This document shows, in pieces, positions 1-9,852 of a stretch of 64,000 nucleotides of DNA (position 1 is the stretch's first letter; each line of letters starts with the position of its first letter). Source of the DNA: Actinomycetes bacterium (GTDB taxonomy: Bacteria > Actinomycetota > Coriobacteriia > Anaerosomatales > JAGXFU01); NCBI GenBank assembly GCA_024637115.1, contig JAGXFU010000014.1, positions 6,524 to 70,523 on the forward strand, given 5' to 3'. Position numbers and translations under genes: made by a program. The notes beneath the pieces were generated by a model. That model saw only the letters and a list, made by a program, of their open reading frames with translations, had not been told where the DNA came from and made no database searches.

Positions 1-1789
1 CAAGAAGATCGTCAACCTCCCTGTCACGGACGATTCTTGGCAATTCGGGAACGATCCGCTCGGGAATCTCCTCGGCCGGCACATCCATAAGTGCCCAGTG
101 CGGCATGATGACCCGCTGTGCACCCGCACCGATGCATGCGCGAGCGGTGACAAGGTCATCGGTATGAATCACGATCTGCGGCGCGATTGGGGCGATGGAG
201 CGGCGACGCTCTACGCGCTGCTGCCTGGGATGACGCAACTCCCGATGCGCCCATGGCTTGAGCATGACGCGTTCTAGGTCTTCGACCGCCTCGCGTCGAG
301 CACGATGTAGCGCGGAGAAGCCGATTCCAACTTCCGGCTGCAACTCGATGTCCCATGTCGCCGCCTCGAACAAGGTCCCCCCAAAGCGACCAACATGTTC
401 AGTGATCTCATCAACCGTGACCGACTTCGTACGCGCCGACTCTACAATCGGTCCTTGGGCGACACCAACCCGACTCCCCTGCCGGACTTCGACGCGCAGT
501 GGCGAACCCACTACGAGTCGCACCGAGACATCCAGCGGTAGCGGGTGCCCGCCGCGATCCTCGGCGTAGGTGCGCCGCGCTGCGTCAATGAGGGTCGAGT
601 TGGAAACACGGAATACACGATCGCCCGCTGACGCAGGTTTCTCTGTTCGAATCACGACGGTCGAACCCGCCGGTCCCGTGGGGACTGCAGAACCCGACAA
701 GTCCATCCTTCCGACCTTCTGCGCAAAGCGACCTTGAGAGGTCCACACTTCGATGATGTCATCGGTATCGAGAGCACTATCCAAAGAGATGTGGACGGCA
801 CGGTCGACCACCTTGCTGATGCGACCCACGTGCACTCCGCGATTGTTGGGCCGCGTGTAGCTCATCATGCGGTTGTCGCGTATGTCCTCGAGGTAACCGG
901 GAGTGAACCCACGGGAGAACGCCTCGGCAAGAATAGATCGTTCTGCCTCGGTCACTGCGAACGATTCGGGTTCTGTGGCAAGACGATCGAGCGCGCGGCG
1001 GTATACGCCGGTCACGAGTGCAACGTACTCCGGATCCTTCATGCGACCCTCGATCTTGAGGGCGCTCACGCCCGATGCAACAAGTTCCGGAAGCGTGTCT
1101 ATCGAACAGAGATCCTTCGGGCTCAGGAGATGCGGTCCGGGGGTCTTGAGGACGCGGCTCTTTTCGTCGAGCAGCTCGTAGGGCAAACGGCACGGCTGTG
1201 CGCACGTGCCTCGGTTCGCAGACCTTCTCCCGATCAGTGAGGAGAGAAGACACTGACCCGAGTAGCACATACAGAGGGCGCCATGCACAAACACCTCGAC
1301 CTCGAGATTGCTGGAGGCGGCAATACTTGTCGCTTCACTGCGCGACACTTCTCGGGCGAGCGTCACACGCGAGACGCCGAGACGCTCCAACTCGGTGACG
1401 GTCGCGGTGTTGTGCGTATTGATTTGAGTGGACGCGTGCATGCGCACCTGCGGCAGCTCGGCAGCGATGAGTCTCGCGAAGCCAAGATCCTGAACGATCA
1501 CCGCATCAACGCCGACCGCCCAGGCCTGATCGATCAGCTGCAGCGCATCATCCATTTCCTCGGACAAGACCACGACATTGGCGGTGAGGTAGACTCGTAC
1601 CCCCTTGAGATGCGCGAACCGAACTGCATCTGACAACGTCTCAGTTGTGAAGTTCTCGGCTCCTTGCCGCGCATTGAGTCGATCGAGGCCGAGATATACG
1701 GCATCTGCGCCGTTGTTCACTGCAGCGCGCAGTGCCAACGGGCTGCCTGCCGGTGCGAGAAGTTCGGGAATTCTGAGTGTTGTACTCAC
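1..1789 (-). CDS. U32 peptidase-family protein (RlhA-like Fe-S RNA hydroxylase); C-terminus runs off the window start
   Basis: Absent from the ORF track; translated by hand: PELLAPAGS, ADAVYLG, NARQGAENF, EVFVHGALCMCYSGQC, SANRGTCAQPCR, LSPKDL, LKIEGRMK. The sampled codons near base 1 are still in frame (IVPELPRIVRD). GTG start at 1789 is inferred. Confidence 0.85.
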   Translation of the reverse strand, partial: MSTTLRIPELLAPAGSPLALRAAVNNGADAVYLGLDRLNARQGAENFTTETLSDAVRFAHLKGVRVYLTANVVVLSEEMDDALQLIDQAWAVGVDAVIVQDLGFARLIAAELPQVRMHASTQINTHNTATVTELERLGVSRVTLAREVSRSEATSIAASSNLEVEVFVHGALCMCYSGQCLLSSLIGRRSANRGTCAQPCRLPYELLDEKSRVLKTPGPHLLSPKDLCSIDTLPELVASGVSALKIEGRMKDPEYVALVTGVYRRALDRLATEPESFAVTEAERSILAEAFSRGFTPGYLEDIRDNRMMSYTRPNNRGVHVGRISKVVDRAVHISLDSALDTDDIIEVWTSQGRFAQKVGRMDLSGSAVPTGPAGSTVVIRTEKPASAGDRVFRVSNSTLIDAARRTYAEDRGGHPLPLDVSVRLVVGSPLRVEVRQGSRVGVAQGPIVESARTKSVTVDEITEHVGRFGGTLFEAATWDIELQPEVGIGFSALHRARREAVEDLERVMLKPWAHRELRHPRQQRVERRRSIAPIAPQIVIHTDDLVTARACIGAGAQRVIMPHWALMDVPAEEIPERIVPELPRIVRDREVDDLL

Positions 1790-1885
1790 AGAGTTGGTAT
1801 CCGTTCGGTGACGTGGGCGGAAAAGACCTGGCACGATGTTCGCGCCATCAGGCACAATAGACAAACTGGAGGTGATCAGCCAGCC

Positions 1886-4120
1886 ATGTCAAGTTATCGA
1901 CGTAGAACGCGGCGAAATCGTAGAACGCCGGGACTGAACGCCGCACGCGTTGCGGCGGTCTTGCTTGCTCTTACCCTAATCATGGTTCTAGCTGGCGCTG
2001 TCACCGCAGTTGCCGTGGTGCAATCCTGGCTCACGAATCTGCCCGACTACGAATCGCCGGAGGCTTTCGAAGTCGCACAGACGACCCGTATATGGTCGGC
2101 GGACGGAGTGCTCCTCGCCCGCTTGTATCTCGAGAACCGTACTATAGTACCCATGTCAGAGATTTCCACGGATCTCGCCAATGCCGTCGTAGCAACCGAA
2201 GACGAACGATTCTACGAGCACAGCGGCGTAGATATCCTGGGTATCGCACGTGCGCTCGTCATCGACATCACGACAGGTAGTCTCGACGAAGGTGCCTCGA
2301 CCATCACTCAGCAGTATGTGGATAACACACTCCTGCGTGATGAACGTACCTCGCGATCCTTCGAGTACAAAGCGCGCGAGGCGTTCCTCGCACTCGAACT
2401 CGAGAAGCGCAAGTCCAAGGAGGACATCCTAGGGCTTTATCTCAATACAATCTACCTCGGTGAGGGCGCGTACGGCGCCCAAGCTGCATCCAAGACGTAC
2501 TTCGCCAAGAACGCCAGCGAGCTAACGCTCCCCGAGGCCGCGCTCCTGGCAGGACTTGCTCAAGCACCGAGCAGGCTGAGCCCCTACGACAATCCTGAGG
2601 GCGCACTCGTTAGGCGCAACCTCGTACTGAGCCGCATGCTGACCAACGAATTCATCACGCAGGAACAGTATGACGCGGCAGTTGAAACGCCAATTGAACC
2701 GAAACGCTCCGCTGAACCGGATCAGGGCGTCTACCGGGCTCACTATTTCGTCTCGCACGTGAAGAAGCTTCTGCAACAGGAGTTCAGCCAGGCGCTCGTA
2801 TTCCAGGGCGGGCTCGATGTGCATACGACCATCGACACGAGAATCCAGAAGATGGCTGAAGATTCGGTCAAGGGACATCTCGGACAACCGGGAGACCCTG
2901 ATGTAGCCCTCGTATCCATCGATCCTCGCGACGGGTCAATCAAGGCAATGTACGGAGGCAAAGACTTCAGCACGAACAAGTTCAATCTTGCCACGCAGGG
3001 TCGCCGTCAACCGGGCTCGTCATTCAAGATGTTCGTCCTTGTCACCGCACTCGAAAATGGCATGCCCCCCTATCGCTATGTCGACGGATCATCTCCCGCG
3101 AGGATTCCCACGAACCCTCCGTGGGTTGTTTCCAATAGCGGCGGTAGCGGCGGGAGAATGACTCTGGAATCCGGCACTCGTGGCTCAGTCAACACGGTGT
3201 TCGCCCGGTTGATCTGGGACTTGAACGACGATGAGGAGACCGGTGCGGAGAAGGTCGCGAAGACCGCGAGGCGCATGGGTATCACGTCGGAAATCCCCCC
3301 GTACCCATCGATCGCGCTTGGCAGCCAGAATGTAACGGTTCTTGAGATGGCCTCCGCGTACGGGACGCTCGCAACCAACGGTGTGCACTTCGCCCCCATG
3401 GCCATCACAAAGGTGGTCGACCCCAAGGGCGATGTGGTGTTTGAGGCCAAGCCGGACGGGATTCGGGCACTCGAGCCTGAAATCGCCTACGCAGCAACGA
3501 GCGTCCTCAAAGGTGTCATTACCGGCGGCACGGCGAGATCTGCCAACATCGGGCGTCCGGCTGCCGGTAAGACCGGAACCTCTCAGAACTACCGAGATGC
3601 ATGGTTCTGCGGCTACACACCCCAACTCTCTACCGCGGTTTGGGTCGGATACTACGAAAAAGAGACGCCGATGCGCTCGGTAAGAGGAATGCGCGGCTTT
3701 GGCGGCACTTTGGCCGCTCCCATCTGGGCGGCATTCAACAAGAAAGCTCTGGCAAAGGAACCCAAGCTCGACTTTGAGAAGCAGGACAAGCCAAAGTACA
3801 CATGGAAGCCCGCATGGTCATCCTCTGACGAATCCCCGGATCTGGTTGGCTTGACCAAGGGTCAAGCCACTAAGGCCGCCAAGGCCGCGGGCTTCACCGT
3901 GAAGTTCGTGGAGATCTGGAACGCGACCGTGCCCGTTGGGCATGTGGTCTCTCAGACACCAAAAGCCGGCGGTGCGATCAGGTTCGGCGGGCAGATCACC
4001 ATCATGATATCAAAGGGTGCCGAACCTGCCCCCGAGCCCACACCCAAACCCACACCCAAGCCACCAACCCCTGAACCAGAACCTCCTCCACCCACACCGG
4101 ATACAACACCTACACCGTAA
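1886..4120 (+). CDS. ponA: Class A penicillin-binding protein (PBP1A/PonA-like) with PASTA domain and Pro-rich tail
   Basis: Transglycosylase motifs EDERFYEH and GASTITQQ; transpeptidase motifs SSFK, SVN and KTGT; PASTA PDLVGLT...VVSQTP; PT/PE tail. SD GGAGGTG before ATG 1886. Confidence 0.93.
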   Translation: MSSYRRRTRRNRRTPGLNAARVAAVLLALTLIMVLAGAVTAVAVVQSWLTNLPDYESPEAFEVAQTTRIWSADGVLLARLYLENRTIVPMSEISTDLANAVVATEDERFYEHSGVDILGIARALVIDITTGSLDEGASTITQQYVDNTLLRDERTSRSFEYKAREAFLALELEKRKSKEDILGLYLNTIYLGEGAYGAQAASKTYFAKNASELTLPEAALLAGLAQAPSRLSPYDNPEGALVRRNLVLSRMLTNEFITQEQYDAAVETPIEPKRSAEPDQGVYRAHYFVSHVKKLLQQEFSQALVFQGGLDVHTTIDTRIQKMAEDSVKGHLGQPGDPDVALVSIDPRDGSIKAMYGGKDFSTNKFNLATQGRRQPGSSFKMFVLVTALENGMPPYRYVDGSSPARIPTNPPWVVSNSGGSGGRMTLESGTRGSVNTVFARLIWDLNDDEETGAEKVAKTARRMGITSEIPPYPSIALGSQNVTVLEMASAYGTLATNGVHFAPMAITKVVDPKGDVVFEAKPDGIRALEPEIAYAATSVLKGVITGGTARSANIGRPAAGKTGTSQNYRDAWFCGYTPQLSTAVWVGYYEKETPMRSVRGMRGFGGTLAAPIWAAFNKKALAKEPKLDFEKQDKPKYTWKPAWSSSDESPDLVGLTKGQATKAAKAAGFTVKFVEIWNATVPVGHVVSQTPKAGGAIRFGGQITIMISKGAEPAPEPTPKPTPKPPTPEPEPPPPTPDTTPTP

Positions 4121-4124
4121 TCAG

Positions 4125-4151
4125 GAAAGCCCGCCGAATCGGCGGGCTTTC
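4125..4151. terminator. Bidirectional intrinsic terminator
   Basis: GAAAGCCCGCCG-AAT-CGGCGGGCTTTC, a perfect 12-bp stem between convergent genes. Confidence 0.85.
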
Positions 4152-4175
4152 TCGCTCTTGTTATGCGTGGGCTGG

Positions 4176-5150
4176 CTACTCGACCTCAGGGGCACGCTTG
4201 ACGCGAACCATTCCAGACGTGCAGTACACCTTGATATCTCCTGCCTTCTCGACCTCATCAAGAATCAGGTTCATCCCCAACGTGTCGCTCGATATATGGC
4301 CGGCGATGATCAGATTGAGTTTTAGCTTCTCGGCCTTCTTGCGATGCTCCTCGGAATAGTGCATCCCTACGAGCGTGCCTACCCCAGCCTGTGAGAGACG
4401 CTTCAGCGCGCCCTCCGGACCTTCGGTTCCGCCAGTCATGTCCACAACAATGCGCCCCGCTCGTGCCTGGGCGTCGCCCTGAATGATGATGGGGCCGTAC
4501 CCCTTCTTTGCCGCATCTGCATACTCATCTATCTCACGAAGAGTCTTGACCACATCGTCGAGCGTGCGTGGACAGGCATCATTCAATGTTCGCTGGACGA
4601 ATGCATTCACGCAGTTGTCCGCTGCGGTGTGGCAGGACATCATTGCCAACCCGAGCAGCTCTGCAGCATGTACGGCGCGATAGTGGTTGGCCGGCATGAT
4701 CCTACGGCGTATCTCCTGTGCGCGGGGACCGATCAATGCATCGCCCGCGGCAATACTGACACCCTGATCGGCCCACAGATCCGCCTGCATCAGCATGACC
4801 TCGTGAAGCTCGGCGTATCCGGACCCCTCGGGATGGTGCGCCAACACGAGATCGATAGGCTCACCCTTCTCTCTCAGCCTGTCGGCGAGGAGCACTTCCG
4901 CCGGCTCCATATCGATCCCAACCAAGAGTCCACGTACCTCAAGCTCCGGATCGCCATGGTTGATGCGTGTATCGACATAGGGGTTCGTGAGCTTCTCGGC
5001 ATCAAAGAATGCCTTCTCGGCATCGTCCATCTTCTGATACGCCTTCTCCACGGCCGCAAGCGCTGCTTCGATTTCCTCGGCGTCGCGCTTGTCCTCGGCC
5101 ATGCCCTTCTCAACTGCAATCCGGTAGATATCGCCTAGTTTCACCGTCAC
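4176..5150 (-). CDS. NIF3/NGG1p-interacting factor family protein
   Basis: NPYxDTRI, LVGIDME, LAHHPEG, SCHTAADN, GMHYSE and AGHISSD metal-binding motifs. Confidence 0.8.
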   Translation of the reverse strand: MTVKLGDIYRIAVEKGMAEDKRDAEEIEAALAAVEKAYQKMDDAEKAFFDAEKLTNPYVDTRINHGDPELEVRGLLVGIDMEPAEVLLADRLREKGEPIDLVLAHHPEGSGYAELHEVMLMQADLWADQGVSIAAGDALIGPRAQEIRRRIMPANHYRAVHAAELLGLAMMSCHTAADNCVNAFVQRTLNDACPRTLDDVVKTLREIDEYADAAKKGYGPIIIQGDAQARAGRIVVDMTGGTEGPEGALKRLSQAGVGTLVGMHYSEEHRKKAEKLKLNLIIAGHISSDTLGMNLILDEVEKAGDIKVYCTSGMVRVKRAPEVE

Positions 5151-5164
5151 GTCCCAATTCCTTT

Positions 5165-5863
5165 CTAGCGTTTACGGGCGCCGCCGACCCTGGTAACGGG
5201 ACCGACTCGACCTCTCGATACGTTGGTATTCCCCTCGATATAGAAACGCAGAGGTAGCTCGTAGCCGGACGACAAGCCGATGCGTCCGGAAATCGAGACC
5301 TGCTCACCGTCTACGAGTCCCCCCTCGAAAACGGCGATGGCACCTTCACCAAGTCTACCCGCGTTATGTGACAAGTCCAGCCCCATGGCGGCCGCCAGCT
5401 TCCCCGGGCCATTGGTCAACTCATGATCCGGTCGCCCCTGTCTGCGCTCACGCATGACATCGAGTCCGGCGAGCGATTGCACCCCACGGATCAAGACTCC
5501 ACCCGCGTGGCCGTTCTCCTCGGTGACCAGGTTAAGCATGTGATGGTTTCCGTACGTGAAATAGACGTACGCTTGCCCCGGTGGCCCGAACATGACCGCG
5601 TTTCGCGCCGTGATTCCCTTGGTGGCCGCATGGCTTCCGGGATCATCGGCACCCAGATACGCCTCGGTCTCAACTATGCGTCCGGCAACCATGGCGCCAC
5701 CCGCACGCGAGACGAGCACGGCACCAAGGAGTTCACGGGCGACAGTGACGGTGTCGCGACCAAAGAACGACGCGTCGAGCGGCCGGCCCCATCGAGAGGG
5801 CCAGGACTCGGGCTCTGCCGACTGCGATCGTTGTGCATCATCCATGTGTATAGCCTCTGCCAT
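5165..5863 (-). CDS. mpg: DNA-3-methyladenine glycosylase (MPG/AAG family)
   Basis: VARELLG, GRIVETEAYLG, MFGPPGQAYVYFTYG, LTNGPGKL, RIGL. Start uncertain (5863 or 5845). Confidence 0.9.
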   Translation of the reverse strand: MAEAIHMDDAQRSQSAEPESWPSRWGRPLDASFFGRDTVTVARELLGAVLVSRAGGAMVAGRIVETEAYLGADDPGSHAATKGITARNAVMFGPPGQAYVYFTYGNHHMLNLVTEENGHAGGVLIRGVQSLAGLDVMRERRQGRPDHELTNGPGKLAAAMGLDLSHNAGRLGEGAIAVFEGGLVDGEQVSISGRIGLSSGYELPLRFYIEGNTNVSRGRVGPVTRVGGARKR

Positions 5864-5982
5864 GCGCCATCGGGTATCGACGGGACAATTCGATGATACC
5901 CGTATACCAGAGCCCAAGAAGGTACTACGCTGATCGCAGGCAAGAGGTTGAACCTTGCAACACACGCGAGAGGCTGATCACC

Positions 5983-6621
5983 GTGCTCGGATTCGCATAC
6001 GGTTCCCTTCTACTATCGGCGCTCACCTGCTATCTGATCGGACTGGCAGTGATTGCACCGAGCGATGCGTGGTTGCGCAAGCGTAGCGGCATCATGGCGC
6101 TCATCGTGGCAAGCTTGTCTTTCGTACCGCTACCGCCTCAACTGACCTTGCTCGGCTCGGTCGTTGAAGGACCGTTGGCCACAGCGGGAATATCTCTTGG
6201 TTGGCCCACGTCGGTTTCCAAGCCTGTGTATCTCGTTGTCTGGGGAATCACCTCGCTCGCCGCCGTGCTGGTTGGAATGCGAGTGTGGAATGCGGGCAAA
6301 CCCGGCTGGCGCGAATCGTCAAGCTCACGAGCGAACGACTCTTCCTCGGTCGGCAGGGCGCGCGCGTTGCTCACCATGGTCGATTCACTTGAGGACGGTC
6401 TTGACGCACTCGCACGAACCGGAGTGGACCGAAAAGGGGCTGAGCAGCTTGGTGAGGAACTGCACACTCTCGGACGCAGATATGCAGACTCATTGCCGGA
6501 GTCTGCCGGTGATGTGTATCGCCTTGTTGCGACGAGGGTCTCCCCCGGACTGGCGAATGTGGTCACCCGCCATCTGCTCGAAGGTGCCGCGCGAGGTGGC
6601 TACGTGACCGCGAAGCGCTGA
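5983..6621 (+). CDS. Hypothetical membrane protein
   Basis: About three hydrophobic segments then a helical soluble domain; GTG start after GAGAGG is inferred. Confidence 0.6.
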   Translation: MLGFAYGSLLLSALTCYLIGLAVIAPSDAWLRKRSGIMALIVASLSFVPLPPQLTLLGSVVEGPLATAGISLGWPTSVSKPVYLVVWGITSLAAVLVGMRVWNAGKPGWRESSSSRANDSSSVGRARALLTMVDSLEDGLDALARTGVDRKGAEQLGEELHTLGRRYADSLPESAGDVYRLVATRVSPGLANVVTRHLLEGAARGGYVTAKR

Positions 6622-6631
6622 GCCCTCAAGG

Positions 6632-8047
6632 CTACTCCAGGTTCGCTTCAACCCATGCAGCGTCGGCAGCAAGCACATCGCGAGCAGCCATGATCTGATC
6701 GAGAACGGCCTCGTTGCCAGTCCCGCCAGCGCTGGTTCTCCGGGCGACCACGGCGTAGATATCGACAGCTTCGAGCACGTCGTCGTCAAACGCGGGGTCT
6801 ACTGCCGCGAACTCAGCCGCCGTCAACTCCTGAAGCGTACGACCACTCCGCTCACATTCCAGCACCAACCGACCAACCACTTCGTGTGCATCACGAAATG
6901 GCATGCCTGTGTTCACAAGGTAATCCGCAACATCGGTAGCCGCCATGAACCCGCCTTGTGCGCCTTCGATCATCCGCTCGGCATTGATGTGCATGCTCGC
7001 GAGCATGCCATCCATTGCCATGAGCGCATCAAGCGTCGTGTCGATTGCGTCGAATACGCCCTCCTTGTCCTCCTGCATGTCTTTGTTGTAGGCAAGCGGA
7101 AGGCCTTTGAGAACGGTGAGAAGCCCGACAAGATCCCCCACTACGCGTCCGGTCTTGCCCCTCGTCAACTCGGCGAAGTCGGGGTTCTTCTTCTGCGGCA
7201 TGATGCTTGAGCCGGTTGCGTACGTGTCGTCCATCGTCACAAAGCCGAACTCCTCTGTCGACCAGAGTATGAGCTCCTCGCAGAGCCGCGAGAGATGGAC
7301 CATCGTCACCGTGCAGGCGTAGGTGAGATCCAGCAAGAAATCACGATCCGAGACGCTGTCCATGGAGTTCTGGCTCACCTGAGAGAACCCGAGGCGATCC
7401 GAGACAGAATCACGGTCGATATCGAAGGTTGTACCGGCGAGAGCTGCCGAACCCAAGGGCATGACATCCGCCGACTCTTGTGCATGACGGAAGCGTGTCG
7501 CATCGCGGGAGAGCATCCAAAAATAGGCCAGCAGGTGATGGCTGAACAGCACCGGTTGCGCCTTCTGCAGATGGGTGTAGCCCGGCATCACCTGTCCATG
7601 GAACTCCTCGGCGAGATGAAGGATCGTCGTGCGCATCGACGTGACCGCGTGCGCGAGAGCGACCGCCTGATCCATGGCATACATCCGGGTATCCAGTGCC
7701 ACCTGGTCGTTTCTGCTGCGAGCCGTGTGCAGGCGACCACCAGCGGTTCCAATACGCTCAATGAGCGTGCGCTCGATCGCCATATGGATGTCTTCGTCGA
7801 CGATGCGGAACTCGAACTTGCCGTCGCGAATCTCCCGATAGATCTCGGAGAGGCCCGTCTCTATGGAGTCCGCATCAGCCTCGGTGATCACACTCTGCTG
7901 CGCAAGCATGCGGGCATGCGCGATCGAGCCCTTGATGTCCTGGGCCCACATGCGTTTGTCCACCATGAGGGACGCACCATACTGTTCGAGGAACGCACTC
8001 GGGGACTTCTCGAACCGCCCGCCCCAGGGCTTCTTGGCATCGGCCAC
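6632..8047 (-). CDS. argH: Argininosuccinate lyase
   Basis: WGGRF, RSRNDQV, PGYTHLQ, GSSIMPQKKNPD; SD GAGGAGG before GTG 8047. Confidence 0.97.
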   Translation of the reverse strand: MADAKKPWGGRFEKSPSAFLEQYGASLMVDKRMWAQDIKGSIAHARMLAQQSVITEADADSIETGLSEIYREIRDGKFEFRIVDEDIHMAIERTLIERIGTAGGRLHTARSRNDQVALDTRMYAMDQAVALAHAVTSMRTTILHLAEEFHGQVMPGYTHLQKAQPVLFSHHLLAYFWMLSRDATRFRHAQESADVMPLGSAALAGTTFDIDRDSVSDRLGFSQVSQNSMDSVSDRDFLLDLTYACTVTMVHLSRLCEELILWSTEEFGFVTMDDTYATGSSIMPQKKNPDFAELTRGKTGRVVGDLVGLLTVLKGLPLAYNKDMQEDKEGVFDAIDTTLDALMAMDGMLASMHINAERMIEGAQGGFMAATDVADYLVNTGMPFRDAHEVVGRLVLECERSGRTLQELTAAEFAAVDPAFDDDVLEAVDIYAVVARRTSAGGTGNEAVLDQIMAARDVLAADAAWVEANLE

Positions 8048-8110
8048 GTCGTTGTGCCTCCTCGGCAAGTATCCTGTCAGATCGAATTCGGTCTCGTGTC
8101 GTGAAAGAGT

Positions 8111-9337
8111 CTAGACTTCGCCTTCTTTACCCACCTTGCGACGCTGACGCGCCCAGACCTTGGTGGGCAACCCATGCAGATCGATGAAGCCCTTGGCGGC
8201 CTTGTGATCGAAGTTGTCGGCCTCATCGTACGTTGCGAGATTGTAGTCATAGAGGGAGTACGGCGAACGGCGACCAACCGGCACGCACGAGCCTTTGTAG
8301 AAGCGAAGGCGCACGTCACCGCTCACAAGCTGCTGTGTGGTCTCGATGAACCCGTCGAGCGCCTCTTTGAGCGGTGAGAACCACATACCGTTGTAGACCA
8401 ATTCCGACCACTTCTGCTCAATCTGCAATTTGTAGTGAAGCACATCGCGCTCCAGGCACAGGTCTTCGAGCGCTTTGTGCGCCGTGATGAGCGTGAGCGC
8501 TCCAGGAACCTCATATATCTCTCTCGACTTCACGCCGATGAGACGATTCTCGATCATGTCGATTCGTCCAAAACCGTGCTTTCCGGCGAGCTCATTCATG
8601 CGATTGATGATCTCGTGGAAGCTCATCCGCTCGCCATCAAGCGCCACCGGGACGCCCTGCGCAAAGCTGATTTCCGCGTACTCCGGCTCATCGCAGTTGT
8701 TGCCACGCGAGTCGGCCGTAAGCGTGTAGATATCTGCAGGCGGCTCGACCCACGGATCCTCAAGAACGCCGCACTCGATGGCACGACCCCAGAGATTGTC
8801 ATCGATCGAGTACGGGTTCGCCTTGGTGGTGGGAACGGGGATGTCTCGCTCCATGGCATAGACCATCTCCTGCTCCCGGGTCTTGAGCTCCCACTCGCGC
8901 ACCGGTGCCACAATCTCGATATCAGGATCGAGACACGAAATACCGACCTCAAAGCGCACCTGGTCATTACCCTTACCTGTGCAGCCGTGGCCGATGAACC
9001 TGGCACCGGATCGGTGCGCCTCTTCGACAAGATGCTTCACGATGATGGGGCGGCTCATGGCGCTTACAAGAGGATACTTGTTCTCGTAGAGCGCATTGGC
9101 CTTGAGCGCCTTGGTGATGTACTCCTCGACGTACTCTTCACGAACATCTTTCACAATCGACTCGATCGCACCGATACCGAGCGCCTTCTGACGCACGAAC
9201 TCAAGATCCTGGCGCTCCTGACCAACGTCGATCGCCAGCGCGATGACGTCCATATCATGGTTCTCCTGGATCCACTTGATCGCTACCGAGGTGTCAAGAC
9301 CACCCGAGTATGCGAGAACACACTTTTCCCGTGCCAT
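8111..9337 (-). CDS. argG: Argininosuccinate synthase
   Basis: LAYSGGLDTS, HGCTGKGNDQVRFE, YSIDDNLWG, ENRLIGVKSRE. Confidence 0.97.
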   Translation of the reverse strand: MAREKCVLAYSGGLDTSVAIKWIQENHDMDVIALAIDVGQERQDLEFVRQKALGIGAIESIVKDVREEYVEEYITKALKANALYENKYPLVSAMSRPIIVKHLVEEAHRSGARFIGHGCTGKGNDQVRFEVGISCLDPDIEIVAPVREWELKTREQEMVYAMERDIPVPTTKANPYSIDDNLWGRAIECGVLEDPWVEPPADIYTLTADSRGNNCDEPEYAEISFAQGVPVALDGERMSFHEIINRMNELAGKHGFGRIDMIENRLIGVKSREIYEVPGALTLITAHKALEDLCLERDVLHYKLQIEQKWSELVYNGMWFSPLKEALDGFIETTQQLVSGDVRLRFYKGSCVPVGRRSPYSLYDYNLATYDEADNFDHKAAKGFIDLHGLPTKVWARQRRKVGKEGEV

Positions 9338-9393
9338 GTGCCTGTCCCTTTCTCACCACGGGCGACGTGCTCGCCACCCGTGAATCATCTGGG

Positions 9394-9822
9394 CTACTCG
9401 CCCCTGAACTTGTCGATCTGATCCTGCAAACGCTGCGCGCTGGGCTCATCGGCGGTGATAACGAGAATCGTGTCGTCCCCCGCAATACTGCCGAGGATAC
9501 CGTCGATGTCTGCGGCATCGAGCGCCGCCGCCACACCGGGCGCTGTACCCGTCGAAGACTTCACAAGCAGAAGATTGTTCGTATGGGCAACACTCAAGAC
9601 GAGCTCCGAGATCATGCGCTGGAGATGAAGGTCCTCGGCTAGAACGTATACGCCCTCGGGCAGCTTTCGAAGTCCCAACTCAGTGATGTCCCGTGAGACC
9701 GTGGCCTGCGTACAGTGGTACCCACACTTCTCGAGCTGCACCACCAAGTCGCGCTGCGTGCGTATTCGCTCCTCTCGCACGATGCGTTTGATCTCGTCCT
9801 GTCGTTGGCGTCGCTTTCTCAT
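9394..9822 (-). CDS. argR: Arginine repressor
   Basis: TQRDLV, TQATVSRDI, GSIAGDDT. Confidence 0.96.
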   Translation of the reverse strand: MRKRRQRQDEIKRIVREERIRTQRDLVVQLEKCGYHCTQATVSRDITELGLRKLPEGVYVLAEDLHLQRMISELVLSVAHTNNLLLVKSSTGTAPGVAAALDAADIDGILGSIAGDDTILVITADEPSAQRLQDQIDKFRGE

Positions 9823-9852
9823 CTCAACCTTCTATCGCTCGATGGTATCGGT

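Noticed and set aside
156-1811. Track ORFs in the first 1.8 kb, including the N-terminal extension of 1664..4120
   Set aside because: They are shadows of the U32 gene on the minus strand; ponA starts at the SD-supported ATG 1886
4020-4117. CCCACACC/CCTGAACC-type short repeats
   Set aside because: They encode the Pro/Thr tail of PBP1A; not CRISPR or VNTR
7295-9421. Long + strand ORFs (e.g. 7295..8104, 8435..9421; similarly 17742..18854, 22010..22996, 28736..29848, 32956..33855, 59337..60215)
   Set aside because: Antisense shadows of conserved genes, typical of GC-rich DNA, with no motifs or SD
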